A DNA stretch of 63,999 nt, the filler included, from Albugo candida (Eukaryota): NCBI GenBank assembly GCA_040437565.1. It is 37 parts of 37 records of this genome, joined end to end, with 100 filler letters (N's around TTAATTAATTAA, not from the genome) between each part and the next. Parts side by side here need not be neighbours in the genome. Positions count along the whole stretch, not along the records: positions 1 to 1,702 come from JBDOQK010000435.1; positions 1,803 to 3,494 come from JBDOQK010000436.1; positions 3,595 to 5,280 come from JBDOQK010000437.1; positions 5,381 to 7,065 come from JBDOQK010000438.1; positions 7,166 to 8,847 come from JBDOQK010000439.1; positions 8,948 to 10,625 come from JBDOQK010000440.1; positions 10,726 to 12,402 come from JBDOQK010000441.1; 30 more parts are not named here. The stretch is one strand, 5' to 3'. The position numbers were made by a program, and so were the translations under genes. The notes under the pieces are model-generated. The model did not search any database and was not told where the DNA came from. It was given only the letters and a program-made list of their open reading frames with translations. Position 1 is the first letter of the stretch. Every line of letters starts with the position of its first letter. This document shows, one piece after another, positions 1 to 12,502 of this stretch.

Positions 1-1702
1 CACATTTTTCAGCTTCAGTGTGGGGAGCACCAGCAAACCTCTCAGTGTCTTGGCCAATATGGATTAGTAAATGTGACTTCAGTCTGTTACAGAGGGACGA
101 GAACTTCATCTTTGCAAGTGCCGTATTTGCTTCAGCATTCACTCTTCTTCTGTTTTGAGCAGGCAATATGGTATGTTGAAGCTTATCCATTGCTAAAATT
201 GTTTCTGATACTGTAAATTCTAATAGATCTTTGTACTGCTTAAAATTGTCGATCTTTTCCATATAACACAAAGAAGCTAACGAGCCAAGATTATCAAAAC
301 ATTCAAACATAGCTTGGAAAGAAGCTCCATCAGAAAACAAAGCTGGATTATCAAGGCAGGCTTTTTGAAGAAGGGAAGGCAAAAGTTGTACCAGAATTTT
401 ATAATCTCTTCCGAGGAACGACCTGAAGCTTTTTAGGGAGGAAGTCAAATTACGATGCAATGCCTTAGAATTATAATTTCGGAAAAGCTTTGTCAATGCA
501 ACAATATGATCTTGATTTAAGAAATTACCATAGGCAATGATGAAGCAGTATTTGACCATTCCAAGTTGCACTGTATGAAGAATTTCAACAGGTGAATCCT
601 TTGACAGATCAAGAGCATTTAATTTCACAAAAGTTTCACCTCCTGTAAGTTTGAAACTGAGGTTGTCAAAATTTCTTTCTAATGTTGGTTCTGTATTCCC
701 TCTTCCTCTATTAGGTAACACTACGGCATCTTCACGATTTTCGCTTCCACCAAACACAAACATTTGTATGTCATTGCGTGTTCTTAAAGGGTCGTTATAA
801 ACAGCATAGCTATAATGTAAAGGAATGGTATTACCCTCGGAATCTACGGGCTTTGATAGGTCGGCTTGCCAGTAACAGTATCTACAAGGATGCTTTGCAC
901 GAGAACCTTTGTGGAGAGTCATTTCAGCCTGACGAACGTTGTCACCACGAAGAAAGAGAACCGGGGCAATGACTACAATATCTTCATCCAACTTTGCATC
1001 ATATACATTATCATTCCTTTTTCTAACTTCAACAAATCATCACTTAAAGGACCGGTCATTTCCATTGCTGTAACACTGTGGTTACTGGTACAAATAAACA
1101 TATGATTTTCATATTTATTACTTTCGTGCAAAGGAAAAGCAGCAATATTCATCAACCAGGTATCGAAGCAGTCCCACTTCTTTGAACGATTACCGCTGGT
1201 ATCATCTGAAAACAAAGTCATTGGCACGACACGAACCTTCAAGTTTTCACCAGTAGCTCTATTGATGGGAAGATGGCTACGAAAGCTAATTGCGGTTTCA
1301 ACTGTTTGCTTGTGCGCGGGAATGAGAGTATTAAGAGGAGTAAAACGAGGTTCTCCGGTATAGTTGTCATAATACATAGAGGAAAGTTGATAACAAGCAG
1401 TAAGTTTGGTAATTTTTAAACCAGCAACGGCAGACATTTCTTCTACAAAAATATTTACTCTTTCTTCGGATATAGTTGCTACTCTGTTTTCGTCGTGTAA
1501 TTTGATTCTAAAGGTGGATGCAACAGTTTTTTCTCCCAAAGTATAAAAACCGCTAATAATGAAAAAATCGTTGATGGAACCAATAGCAGAAGCAGAAGTA
1601 GATACAACATCACCAAGCCAGAAACAGATATTGCGGCTATTCCAAACCATTGGAGATTGGAAGAGAGGATCATTCTTCCATTTTTCTCCTTGATTTAATG
1701 TG
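1..1702 (-). pseudogene. CMC/CACTA-related (Plavaka-like) fungal transposase fragment with one frameshift
   Basis: Minus-strand motifs LFSDDTSGNRSKKW, then after a 2-nt AT duplication near 1001-1004: YDAKLDEDIVVIAPVLFLRGDN, HPCRYC, DSPVEILHTVQLGMVKY, FLGRDYKILVQLLP, KSHLLIH..D..RF. Confidence 0.7.
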
Positions 1703-1802
1703 NNNNNNNNNNNNNNNNNNNNNNNNNNNNNNNNNNNNNNNNNNNNTTAATTAATTAANNNNNNNNNNNNNNNNNNNNNNNNNNNNNNNNNNNNNNNNNN
1801 NN
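1703..1802. other. Artificial scaffolding spacer (first of 36 identical spacers)
   Basis: N44-TTAATTAATTAA-N44, 100 nt, stop codons in all six frames; recurs between all contigs, whose lengths fall steadily from about 1700 to 1557 nt. Confidence 0.99.
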
Positions 1803-4039
1803 CAGGATTGCTTTCACTTGTATATAGATACAACAGAGATGAGACTAGCTACAAAAAATTATTGTTAGATCGATGATAGATGAATAACAACCGATTGATG
1901 TCAATACTTACATGATAACAGCAGACACTTCAAATTTAACAGGAGAATAGAGATAACCTAGAGTGGTACGTCAGACAACAATGGATAGAAACACATGACG
2001 AAGGAATATCTATTTACAAAATGTAAATGTTAGTAAAGTCAACTTCGATATAAAATACAAGTAAGATATTTACCATAAGAGCCAAGCACATCTAAACAGT
2101 TCTAGAACAGAAAATGTGGTAAGTATAAATGATTATATTGACACAATAAGAACTTACCAAGAAATATAGTACAGGATAAAGCAAATGCTAGAGTCAATTG
2201 AACAATATTAGTAAACGGAAACAAGTAATTAGCTCAAGTCACCTACCTTAACAAGAGAACAATGAATTTCAGACAAGTTGGTCAAGTGCTACAAAAAAAA
2301 ACGTATGTTAGAAACGTTGAGTTCAATAACCAAATGACACTGTTTACCCTTTACACCCGTAAGTCTTTTTCCACCAGGAAAGGACCTTTTATAACTCGGT
2401 ATACTACAAAATATTATCGTAAATGCAAAATTAGTCAAGAATAAAAGGCAACACAATTACTATTACCATAACAAAAGCAACTAGGACCAGTTATTAGACA
2501 CACCGATTTAGAAAAGACGGGCCATACCTTAAGATCCATTAGTGAACAAAGACTATAGAAAAAGTTAGACAATACTGTATATTTTCTTGACTAATAATAC
2601 CATAATCTTGAAATATATTTAGAGGCAAACGCGTTAAAGTTGGTAAAAAGTTGAGGAACCAAAGCTTAGCCAGATGACTAGAAATAAAACTGAGAAGTTG
2701 TTTAGTAATTGCGTCAATGAAAAGTAATTCAAAAAGTAAAAGGTTAGTAATTAGTAAAAAATAAGTGGTTAGATAAATAAAAAGATACTGGGGGCCTACA
2801 GAAAATTTTTTACAACATACAAAAGTATAAAGTGGTGGCTTACGTCAATAGAGCAATACTATTGGGCAAACCACGTGATTTTTTAATTTTTTTGCTGGTG
2901 AAGCAAATTTAAAAGTGAGATAATGAGTTAAGAAAAAGTTGATTGTCACAGTGGCAACTCTCTACCTTTCCTCGGGAGGGTCTTCAGTTCATTTCTGCTG
3001 AAAGATCTTTTTTTTTGTCAATGTCTTTAATGTGGTGCATGTAAATAAATCTCAAATGCAGTAACCATCATTAAATGTTTATTGTTTTTGCCTTGAAAAC
3101 AGAGCAAATGTCTTCAGAATGTGTTTTTTAATGTATATAGCAATAAAAGATGTAGCAGAAATGATAGTTGAACAATAATTTTACCAATTTATTTAGTGAA
3201 TGCTTTACTCTATCTTTTTTTTTTAATTTATCATTTATTATGCAATCAAGCATTAAATCACTTCTACAACTTGTGATAAATGAAATGGAATAACTTTTTT
3301 TCATTATATTGCATCAAAATAACTTTAAATATAATTAATTTGAGTAGTAATCGTAAATTTGACAACAATAGATTATCAAGATATGTTGTTTTTTAAATTA
3401 TTACGTTTACTTTGTTTGTAATCAAAAAAATTAAACCACTACTTGATTAAATTCAAATCGAGGCAACATAATTACTTTTTATGATTGTATTATANNNNNN
3501 NNNNNNNNNNNNNNNNNNNNNNNNNNNNNNNNNNNNNNTTAATTAATTAANNNNNNNNNNNNNNNNNNNNNNNNNNNNNNNNNNNNNNNNNNNNTCGCAA
3601 CGTCAGTAATATCGTTGTCGTATTCAAAATCATGCACACAGGTCACTAATCCACGTACACGTTCTCGGCAACAACTCCAACATCACATCGGCACAAAGTA
3701 CACAGTGCAACGCAATATGTATCAAAAATACTGTATTCGAATGCATAGCATATGAATACAACCTCTTTTTCCTTTCGCACACTCAATCACTCTGAAATAA
3801 ATTCCAAAGCAATACAAGCGCACTTGTTTTGCAATCAATACGCATTCTGGAAATGACGGAATCATTCCTAAAAGAATACATAGAGAAAACCATCAATTGC
3901 CACATTTCAATGTAGTACGTCACAAATAAGATTGCAAACATACTCTTATTGTGAAGCGATCATCCAACCGTTCGATTTCACACTAGAAACACTGAAAGTG
4001 TTCCCTGCATTCATCTCACAATTAGATCATACACTCCAC

Positions 4040-5240
4040 AATGAAACAGAACGTATCAATCATTCGTTTTAGTATCGGAAGTTAACTACGTTTCGTCAAC
4101 CAATTCAAACAATCTCATTGCTCCGTGTCGATCAATCCTTCAGAACATCGCCAATCATTCTTTTCAATAGCAGAAGTTAACTACGTTTCTGTATCGATCC
4201 AAATAAACAGTTCTGCCCCGCAGACCAATCCAATCAAAAAGAACTTCATAAATATTCTATCATCAACTGTAAAGTCGAGAACCGACCCTACTATCAAATC
4301 TAGACAATCATTCCGTTCCACGTATCGATTTCTAGTACTTCGCCAACTATTCGAATTAACAACAGGAATGAAAATCAATTATACCATCTATCCAACCAGT
4401 TCGTTCCGTCCTACAATCAATCGATCAACAGTACGTCGCTAATCACTCTACTTAATAACAGAATTAGTTCACTTACTCTACTACCAATCTAAACAATCAG
4501 TTATTCCCTACTAACTATTCAATCAAACTGCACTCACTATTCGTTCGATAGTAACCCAACAAGCCAACTCTACCATCAACCAAAAGACCAGTAAATTCCA
4601 TTATATTATCATTAATCGAAGTCACCCTACTATCCGTCTCAATAATACAGCTAACAAACCCACCCTACATCAAAGCAAACAATTAGTTGGTCCCACAAAC
4701 GAATCAATAATATCTCCCAAACGCTATTTTCAATACTAGAATCAGCAAGCTAACTCCAATACTAATCCAAACAGTCTGTTCGACATCACCAACGAATTCA
4801 TAGAACTTCCCCAATCATTCTTTTCAATAGTAGAATCAATAAGTTAACTCCACTATCAATCCAAATAATAAGTTGAGTATCAATCAACAATCAATAGAAC
4901 AGTCCCAATCATTCTTATGAATAGCAAAATCAGCAAGCCAACTTAACTACCAATCCAAACAATAAGATTCGTATTGATAAACAATCAATAGAACGTCCCC
5001 AACCATTCTTTTCAATAGTAAAGGCTGTTTACCAACCCTATATCAAGCCAAATAATTCGTTCAGTACTATAAATCAATCGATAGAACTTCCCCAACCGAT
5101 CGTTTCAATAGTAAAGTCAATAATCAACTCCACTATCAATCCAAACTGTCAGTTCAATACTTTCGTCGATATTCTTTCCGTTCGTCTGTGGCGATTATAG
5201 AATTAGCAAGCCAACTTCACTATCAAGCCACACTACTAGG
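4040..5240. repeat. Highly diverged tandem array, about 13 units of ~94 bp
   Basis: Anchor CTAYCAATCCAAA-like motifs near 4097, 4191, 4291, 4385, 4481, 4574, 4666, 4759, 4853, 4947, 5040, 5133, 5220; TAGAAC..CCC at 4801, 4895, 4989, 5082. Confidence 0.8.
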
Positions 5241-5726
5241 AAAACCCTCACAGTAATACCTTCTCATACATTACCAACTGNNNNNNNNNNNNNNNNNNNN
5301 NNNNNNNNNNNNNNNNNNNNNNNNTTAATTAATTAANNNNNNNNNNNNNNNNNNNNNNNNNNNNNNNNNNNNNNNNNNNNATTCGTATCAAATGCTACTG
5401 TGATATCAACATGTCTTTTGAAATACACTCTTCAAAAAAATTGATCAAAGTATAGTAAAGATCTTTTTGTTTGGTAAGCAAATATTCACATTTGTGTTTC
5501 AAAAACACTTTTTATAAAAGTATTAGAGCAATGATTTAGAAAATGAACGGCTCCTTTTACATACTCTGGAATTACTAGTAAAAAAATATAATAAAACTAC
5601 ACTTGATTTTTATGGAAAATATTAATATATTAAAACTGTATAAACATAAATCTAAAAGTACAAAAAACGTGGATATAATATAAACTGTGCACCATTTTCG
5701 AAACTACATACGTGGACAGACACTTC

Positions 5727-7065
5727 TCATTCATTACTATCCTTAAAAAGGTCCATTTTATTGGCCTTGTATTCTTCTTTAGCCTGGTTAAACAATTTCG
5801 TATTAATTGACTTCAATTTGCTCGATATACAGCCCTCGTAAATAGTCAACATATCTTTCTTCAGCTGTAATCTTTCGTAAGACTCAAAATCAACTTTTTC
5901 CTTGCTTTTTAAGTCTTCCGCATACTTTGACACTAGCTTTGCTGCATTAGTGACCAGTTTTGTCTTTCTGATCGTTGCTACTATTTTGTTTAATTCTTTT
6001 TTGTCTATGCGTTGATAGACAAATGCGTCCAATACGAATGAAGCAGCAGATGAGATAGGATTGGCAAAGTTTGAGTAAAGAGGGTGGGCAGGCGCATAGC
6101 CTTTGTCCTTAAACTTCTTGCTGATATACATCCATTCGTTGGAAGAGTCATTCTTAATATACTGATTTAACAGTCTAGCATTGGTGGTGTAGGGCGCTTG
6201 ATTATTTAAAATAAATATTCTTTGGCCGGAGAGAGTGTCAAACCTTTGAGAAATACTTTGAGGTAAATTCTGCAACGACGATCCAAAAAAAGGGATGATT
6301 TCACTACTTTCACAAGTGCCAAAGAAACCTGAATTTGCTAAAAATTCAAATCTTTCATAGCGGATAGTGAACTCAAAATAATCTATCCCTGTTCGTGTCT
6401 TCTTTCTGATAAATGCTACAGGCTTAGGCTGAGAATCAACACGCGATCCATCAGCGCAATCGTCCAAACTTTTTTCATGGAAAAAGCAAGAAAAGCTGGT
6501 ACACATAAACCAATATTGCTCCATGATACTAACTGATTCCAAGAATTTGGTAGCAACAGTATTAATTATTCTGCACAAGCGATCCTTATTCAAGTCAATA
6601 GGAACTAATGGCATATCCTTCAAGAGAATGTACTTTTCTGTATTGAACAGTCTACTTAAATGTAAATTGAGAATATGCCCCAAATTATTCTTCATCTTAA
6701 CAGACTCAGGGTTTTTCTTAAAAAACTTCAACTTTTCTTGCAACTTGTATTCCCTGACTCTTTCTTCTACTTCCTCAGGAGTCTTCAAAAAAACAGTCTG
6801 TTTTTCCTCATTACTTGACTCAATATTCAGCAATTTGTTGTCGAATTCTTCTATGACCATTCTTGCCTTCGATCGCTGATCCAAAGGGACCTGAAGCAAA
6901 CAACTATTTGTTACCTTGGAAAATAACTGATAGAATGTAATGCTGTAGTTTTTTCCGCTGATCAATGTAACTTTGTTCAGGTTTGAGGCATATTTTAGAA
7001 CATGGGCAATGAGTTCGTGCTCATAAAAAGTATTATTGATAATTAAGTGTTTTAATGTTCGTATT
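5727..7065 (-). CDS. Hypothetical protein, 5'-truncated (over 440 aa)
   Basis: Long ORF in AT-rich DNA, open to the contig edge at 7065; no recognised motif. Confidence 0.6.
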
Positions 7066-7165
7066 NNNNNNNNNNNNNNNNNNNNNNNNNNNNNNNNNNN
7101 NNNNNNNNNTTAATTAATTAANNNNNNNNNNNNNNNNNNNNNNNNNNNNNNNNNNNNNNNNNNNN

Positions 7166-8847
7166 CAAACCTTAGCTAGAGAACCTAAATTTCTCAACTC
7201 ATCCAAAGGTTGTGTTATTCTCGAATACAGAGGAATAACTGTACGTAAATAACCAGAAAACCCCAACAAACGTTGTACCGCTTTACCTGTTGTGGGTATA
7301 GGCCATTCATGAACGTTCGAAACCTTTTTCTTATCCAAGCTTAAGCCGTCTACATTAATGGTAAATCCCAACGCATTTACTTGTGTTTGCGCGTAGTGTG
7401 CTTTATCATTATTCAATATTAATCCAACCTTATTCAATCTAGATATAACTTCCCTTAGACAATCGGTGTGGTATTGCATATCATCATGCGTAGCAATTTG
7501 CAGATCGTCAATATAAACCTGTGCATAAGGTAAATCAGCAATTAATCTACTTATGGCACGCTGAACAATTGCACCAACAGATGAAATACCAAAAGGAGCG
7601 CGAACAAATTTATACTGTTTTCCCTCATGATAGAACACAACATACTTTTGCGAATCGGGATGCATAGGAAAACGATGGTAGCATTGTGTAAGATCCAATA
7701 CACTGAACAGTTGCTTCCCAGACATACGTTGGTGTAAATCAGATATCAATGGAAGTTGAAACTTACAGATCGTAGAAGGGATGAGTACCTCATTTATGGA
7801 TCGAATATCTAAAACGACTCTAACCTTCTTTCCGTACTCTCCATTTAGATCCTTCTTTCTGACAGCAAGAAGAGGGCTTTGGTAGCACTTCGCATCTTCA
7901 TCGTTTGCTTCAGCTATTACACCATCATTCAACCAAGTTTGAACCTGATTATGGACAGCCTCTTGATGCGCGTAAGGGATAGGATATTGACGACGAAATT
8001 GATATTATGACTCGTCAATATGAAGTTCCACTTCAGCACCAGGTAAAGTACAACAAGAATTAATGGGAATTCTTGAATTTTCATCTAACAACGGTTGTAT
8101 ATCCGACATGAATTGATTTCGTTCTTCTTTAGTACCAAAATCAAAATTACTATTTTCCTCACTATCATTAGCGGTTGCATCAATTGGATCCTCTATAGCT
8201 GGTTCGTATGAATCCCAAGAAGTAGCCAATCCGGAGAAACAAATATTCAACAAAGGCATTAAATCTGAACCAATACATACCACAGCATCTGATTTAAATT
8301 TAAAAATTTCAAAATCGTATGTTAAGGGAATTCCATTATAAAGTACATCAACATCCTTAACTTGACCAATACGATCAACATCATCAACATCATCATGAGC
8401 TAAACTTACAGAATCAATATTATTTTTAACAACTTTACTTTTATTTAAAAATTTAATAAATCGAGGATGAATAGCAGAAAAATTACTACCATTATCCAAG
8501 TAAGCAAAAACTTTAAAACCATCGATTGTTATCGGAACAAAGGTAGAAGTTTCACTATTCTGTAGAGGTAAGTTAGATTCCAATAACAAATTATCAATTT
8601 TATTATGTAACTTACGATTTCTTCTATCAACAGTCATAGATCGAAAAGTCAAATTACCCTCGGCTTTCTTATCCTTACAGACATGACCCGGACCATAACG
8701 TTGCTCACAACGAAAGCAAAGACCTTTCCTCTTAAGTTCAAAACGGTTGACCTTTCTTGAATTACCTTGGGAAGAGGACCCAGAACCAGAACCATTTCTA
8801 CCATTCGATCTATAGGAAGAAGAAGAAGATTCACCACCACGATTTGA
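7166..8847 (-). mobile_element. Ty3/gypsy-like gag end, protease and reverse transcriptase in one frame, with one in-frame TAA at 8005-8007
   Basis: Knuckle CFRCEQRYGPGHVC, protease AYLDNGSNFS, RRQYPIP, RVVLDIRSIN, FSVLDL, RAPFG, YIDD, LLGFSGY. Confidence 0.93.
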
Positions 8848-8947
8848 NNNNNNNNNNNNNNNNNNNNNNNNNNNNNNNNNNNNNNNNNNNNTTAATTAAT
8901 TAANNNNNNNNNNNNNNNNNNNNNNNNNNNNNNNNNNNNNNNNNNNN

Positions 8948-10625
8948 ATCTTGGGAGGAGTCGCTTGATTGGATGGGGGCTTTTCTTTTATTTAATCTGG
9001 ATGATTTCTTTTTAATATCTTCTTTAACATCTTCATGGTCACCAAGGTCAGGTTTCTTGACTGTTCTTCTACTAGTTCTTCTTAAAGGTGCTGGAGGTTT
9101 TTTAGCTTCCACGGTTACTTTGATCTCAGAATTTTTGATTTCCTTTGGCTCATGATTTTCGACCAACTCATTTTCTGGTTCATTAGTTTTACGACGCTTT
9201 TGAGCTCTGTTGCTAGGTAAAGGTTTCTTTGTACGTGTCTTTTTTTGAGTTGTTTTTTCGGATGATGGAACAATAGTGCTATCGGAGTTTTTAGCCTTGA
9301 CAGGTCTACCTCTGCGTCTTTTAGGTTGTGCAATAGGCTTTGATTTTGGTTCGCTTGATTCGGTAACAGTAGTGTCTGCATCTCTGCTTTTATGCGCATC
9401 GAGATATACACCTTCAGTACTTGATACTGCTTGGCCAATAAAGTTTTGTTTGTTATTGATGGTAGTGTTGTCATTTATGTCTTGATTGTTACTTGATTCC
9501 AAACGAGTATCTTTAATGATATTTGGGATAGTATTTTGATTGTTATTAATAGAAGTAATATCTAATAAAGTAGTAGTAATTTGGGTGTTTTGGCAGGCGT
9601 TGTTAAAATTAGCGATATTATCTTCAATGATATCCTCGGTGATAGTTTGGCTAGTATTCATAACAATATTTTCTGTACTTGAAATAATAGTATCGTCTTT
9701 GGTAACATTTAAAACAGCGTGGTAATCATTTAAAGTATTATTATTTTCATTTGCTGTATCACTGGTATTGGCATTCTTAATAAGGTCTTGACAAGTGTTT
9801 AAATTAGTATTGATAGTAAAATTTTCTGTGATTGGATTAACCTTGTCTTGGGTATTATTTACAATAACATCATTAACATTTGAAGATGAGGTGTCATTGT
9901 TGGTACTTATAGTACCACTAATAATATTGATATCTTGAATAATATCTTCAGTAGAGTCTTGATTACTAATGATAACAGTAGTAGCTAAACCTGAATTATC
10001 ATCTTGTTTAAAAGTATTTAAAGTAACGTTGTTGTTGTTATTATTGTTTTTAGTAAAATCTTGAATAGTTTCTTTACTAGCGTTGATAGTAATGACATCG
10101 TTAATATTGGCATCTCGGGCAGCAACTTGACTAGTAAAAGCAGAGTTAATATTGGTTTCTTCTGCAGTTTGATCAATAGCAATAATAGTAGGCTCAGTAA
10201 GTTCAAACTGTTCTTGGGTGTATTGATTTTCACATAATTGATCAGCATTCAAGCTGTTAGAAAAATCATCATTATTCACATCAATAACATGATGTTGTTG
10301 TTGTTCGACTTCAGAGTGAACGTTATTATAACTTTGAGCAGATAGAACAGAAAAAGAGTCTTCTTCAGGGTATGTATCTACAGCTGAGCTTTTATTTCTT
10401 GGTACACGTTGATCCCCCATATTAGTTATTGCTTCTTGATGATTTGAAGCAGAAGTATTGTTATTAGTACCAGAAAATAAAGAACCTAAGCCTGTAAGCT
10501 GGCGTTTGACTAGAAATAATGATGTTAGTCTTTTACTTTTTTTTATTGACTGTGAATGTTCTAACTTACGTGAAAATGAGCGAGGTTTTCTAAACAACAT
10601 TTGTGGCTTTTTGAAAACACTATCA
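8948..10625 (-). CDS. Low-complexity N/T/D-rich nuclear protein fragment with an AT-hook-like motif
   Basis: ORF of about 550 aa; KRRRGRP motif and several basic NLS-like clusters in the C-terminal part. Confidence 0.6.
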
Positions 10626-10834
10626 NNNNNNNNNNNNNNNNNNNNNNNNNNNNNNNNNNNNNNNNNNNNTTAATTAATTAANNNNNNNNNNNNNNNNNNN
10701 NNNNNNNNNNNNNNNNNNNNNNNNNTTCCCACAAGTTATCAGATATGCTCGCTTAAACTGGAAGATGGCCGATATTCCGTACTACATGCATATGCAGTTG
10801 GCAATTGATCGATATCAACTTTTGTTACTTGTAG

Positions 10835-12402
10835 AATCATGCGCTCTCTTTTCAATGTTACACGGAATAGTGCTGCAATCAGTATCGCGTGTGTGGCGTT
10901 GATCGTACACTGTGATGCCTCAGTACATGTACATATGCTTTCTTTACATACAACTGGTCCCTCATTTGTGTTTGCTAGCCGCGTGGACCTTCCACTTACA
11001 ATCGTCACGCATGTGAAAAGCTCTTTGACTTCTCAACAACGTCGCACGTGAAACTACCAGTTCCTGCCAGGTACGGCACAATACAATGTCACGTAACGGA
11101 ATGCGTTGATCAATATGCATGCAATGTCAGTTATCAGGGAGCTCTTCTTATCTGGTGTACGGGGGTCGTACTGGCCATTACAAATTTCATACTCGAAAGA
11201 GTGAGTGGCTTTGGTTTCATTTCGTTTCACTGGCTGAGGAACCCGACGGAAGGTGACAACGAACAGCGAGATGGTGCTCAAACGAAACAGGAAAAGCTGC
11301 CTGACGAACACCACCTCCCAATGGTTCCTTGGTATTCTATGTTTCTATTCAATACAGCATTCGAGCTACTGGTGTCATTAAAGCTTTTTCTTGGAAGGTA
11401 TCATGCTCATCAGTATCTTAGTTGTTCAGAGATTACCTGCTGGTACTAGATTTGATCATCGCTCGTTGCAGCGTGCAATTCACGCAAACGACGACGATTA
11501 TATTTTTGATCACTTGGCATCGCGTGACGAAGTTTGGCTCGATTTTGTTGCGGATTGTGGGGACGGATTCGACAGTTCATATCAGGTGGCAAGATTTCTT
11601 GCTCAGCCAGTCTTAGAGGTAGAGTCCTCGTCAAATTGTCGCAAAGACGGAAAGCAAGAGAAACAGCCTAATGAAACGCGCATGCTTCCTCGCGGAGATG
11701 TTCTCATTGTTGGTGGAGATCTAGCCTACCCTCATCCGAATGCGTCAAACTATGAAGTAAACAAGTGTATTCTCTTTCTTCTCCTGGTTGTCTCATGCAA
11801 CGTTTAATGATCAGTCGAGATGTTGGAGAGTCTTCGAGTATGCCATGAAGCCCCCGTCTTTCTATGACCCGACAGCAGTATCCGCTCGTAAACTTGGATT
11901 GGCGCCCTATCATGGAAAGAAAAATGATGCATTAGCAGTCTCAACAACTCCCTCTCTTGAGAAATACGAAGGCCCTTGTGCTTTCGCAATCCCTGGAAAT
12001 CATGACTGCTTCGATGGTTTGAGTACCTTCAATCGGTTCATTTGCAACCGGGATTGGCTTGGTGGATGGCATCTGCCACAAAAAACCAGTCATTTCGTAC
12101 TTAAACTTCCGAAGGGATGGTGGTTAATCGCGGTTGATTTGGCATTAGAAGATGATATCAACACTGAGCAGTTTGAGTTATTTCAACGAGTTGCGGAGAA
12201 ATTTATTCAGCCCGAAGATGCAGTCATCATTGTAACACATGAACCACGCTGGATTTTAGATGGAGTAGAAGGACGGGAGAAATCGGAAGAGAAGCTAACG
12301 TATCTGATCAATCGTGTATTTAACGGGCGTGTCGTAATTCGTCTTGCTGGGGATATTCACAATTACATGAGGCACTCACTCGTTACAGGTGTATCAGCTG
12401 AA
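10835..12402 (+). CDS. Calcineurin-like metallophosphoesterase, multi-exon, oomycete-type, partial
   Basis: DFVADCGDG, GGDLAYP, IPGNHDCFDGL, THEPRW, LAGDIHNYMRH; GT-AG introns at 10923-10978, 11071-11130, 11398-11449 and 11757-11814 restore a single frame. Confidence 0.88.
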
Positions 12403-12502
12403 NNNNNNNNNNNNNNNNNNNNNNNNNNNNNNNNNNNNNNNNNNNNTTAATTAATTAANNNNNNNNNNNNNNNNNNNNNNNNNNNNNNNNNNNNNNNNNN
12501 NN

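Noticed and set aside
1747-1758. Regularly recurring TTAATTAATTAA as a CRISPR-like or regulatory repeat
   Set aside because: Always centred in N runs; it is a synthetic six-frame stop linker.
1803-2900. Possible decayed retroelement (hints such as TADTS, IRAKHI, GQVLQK, VVAYVNR)
   Set aside because: Motifs are short, in different frames and broken by stops; not enough to call.
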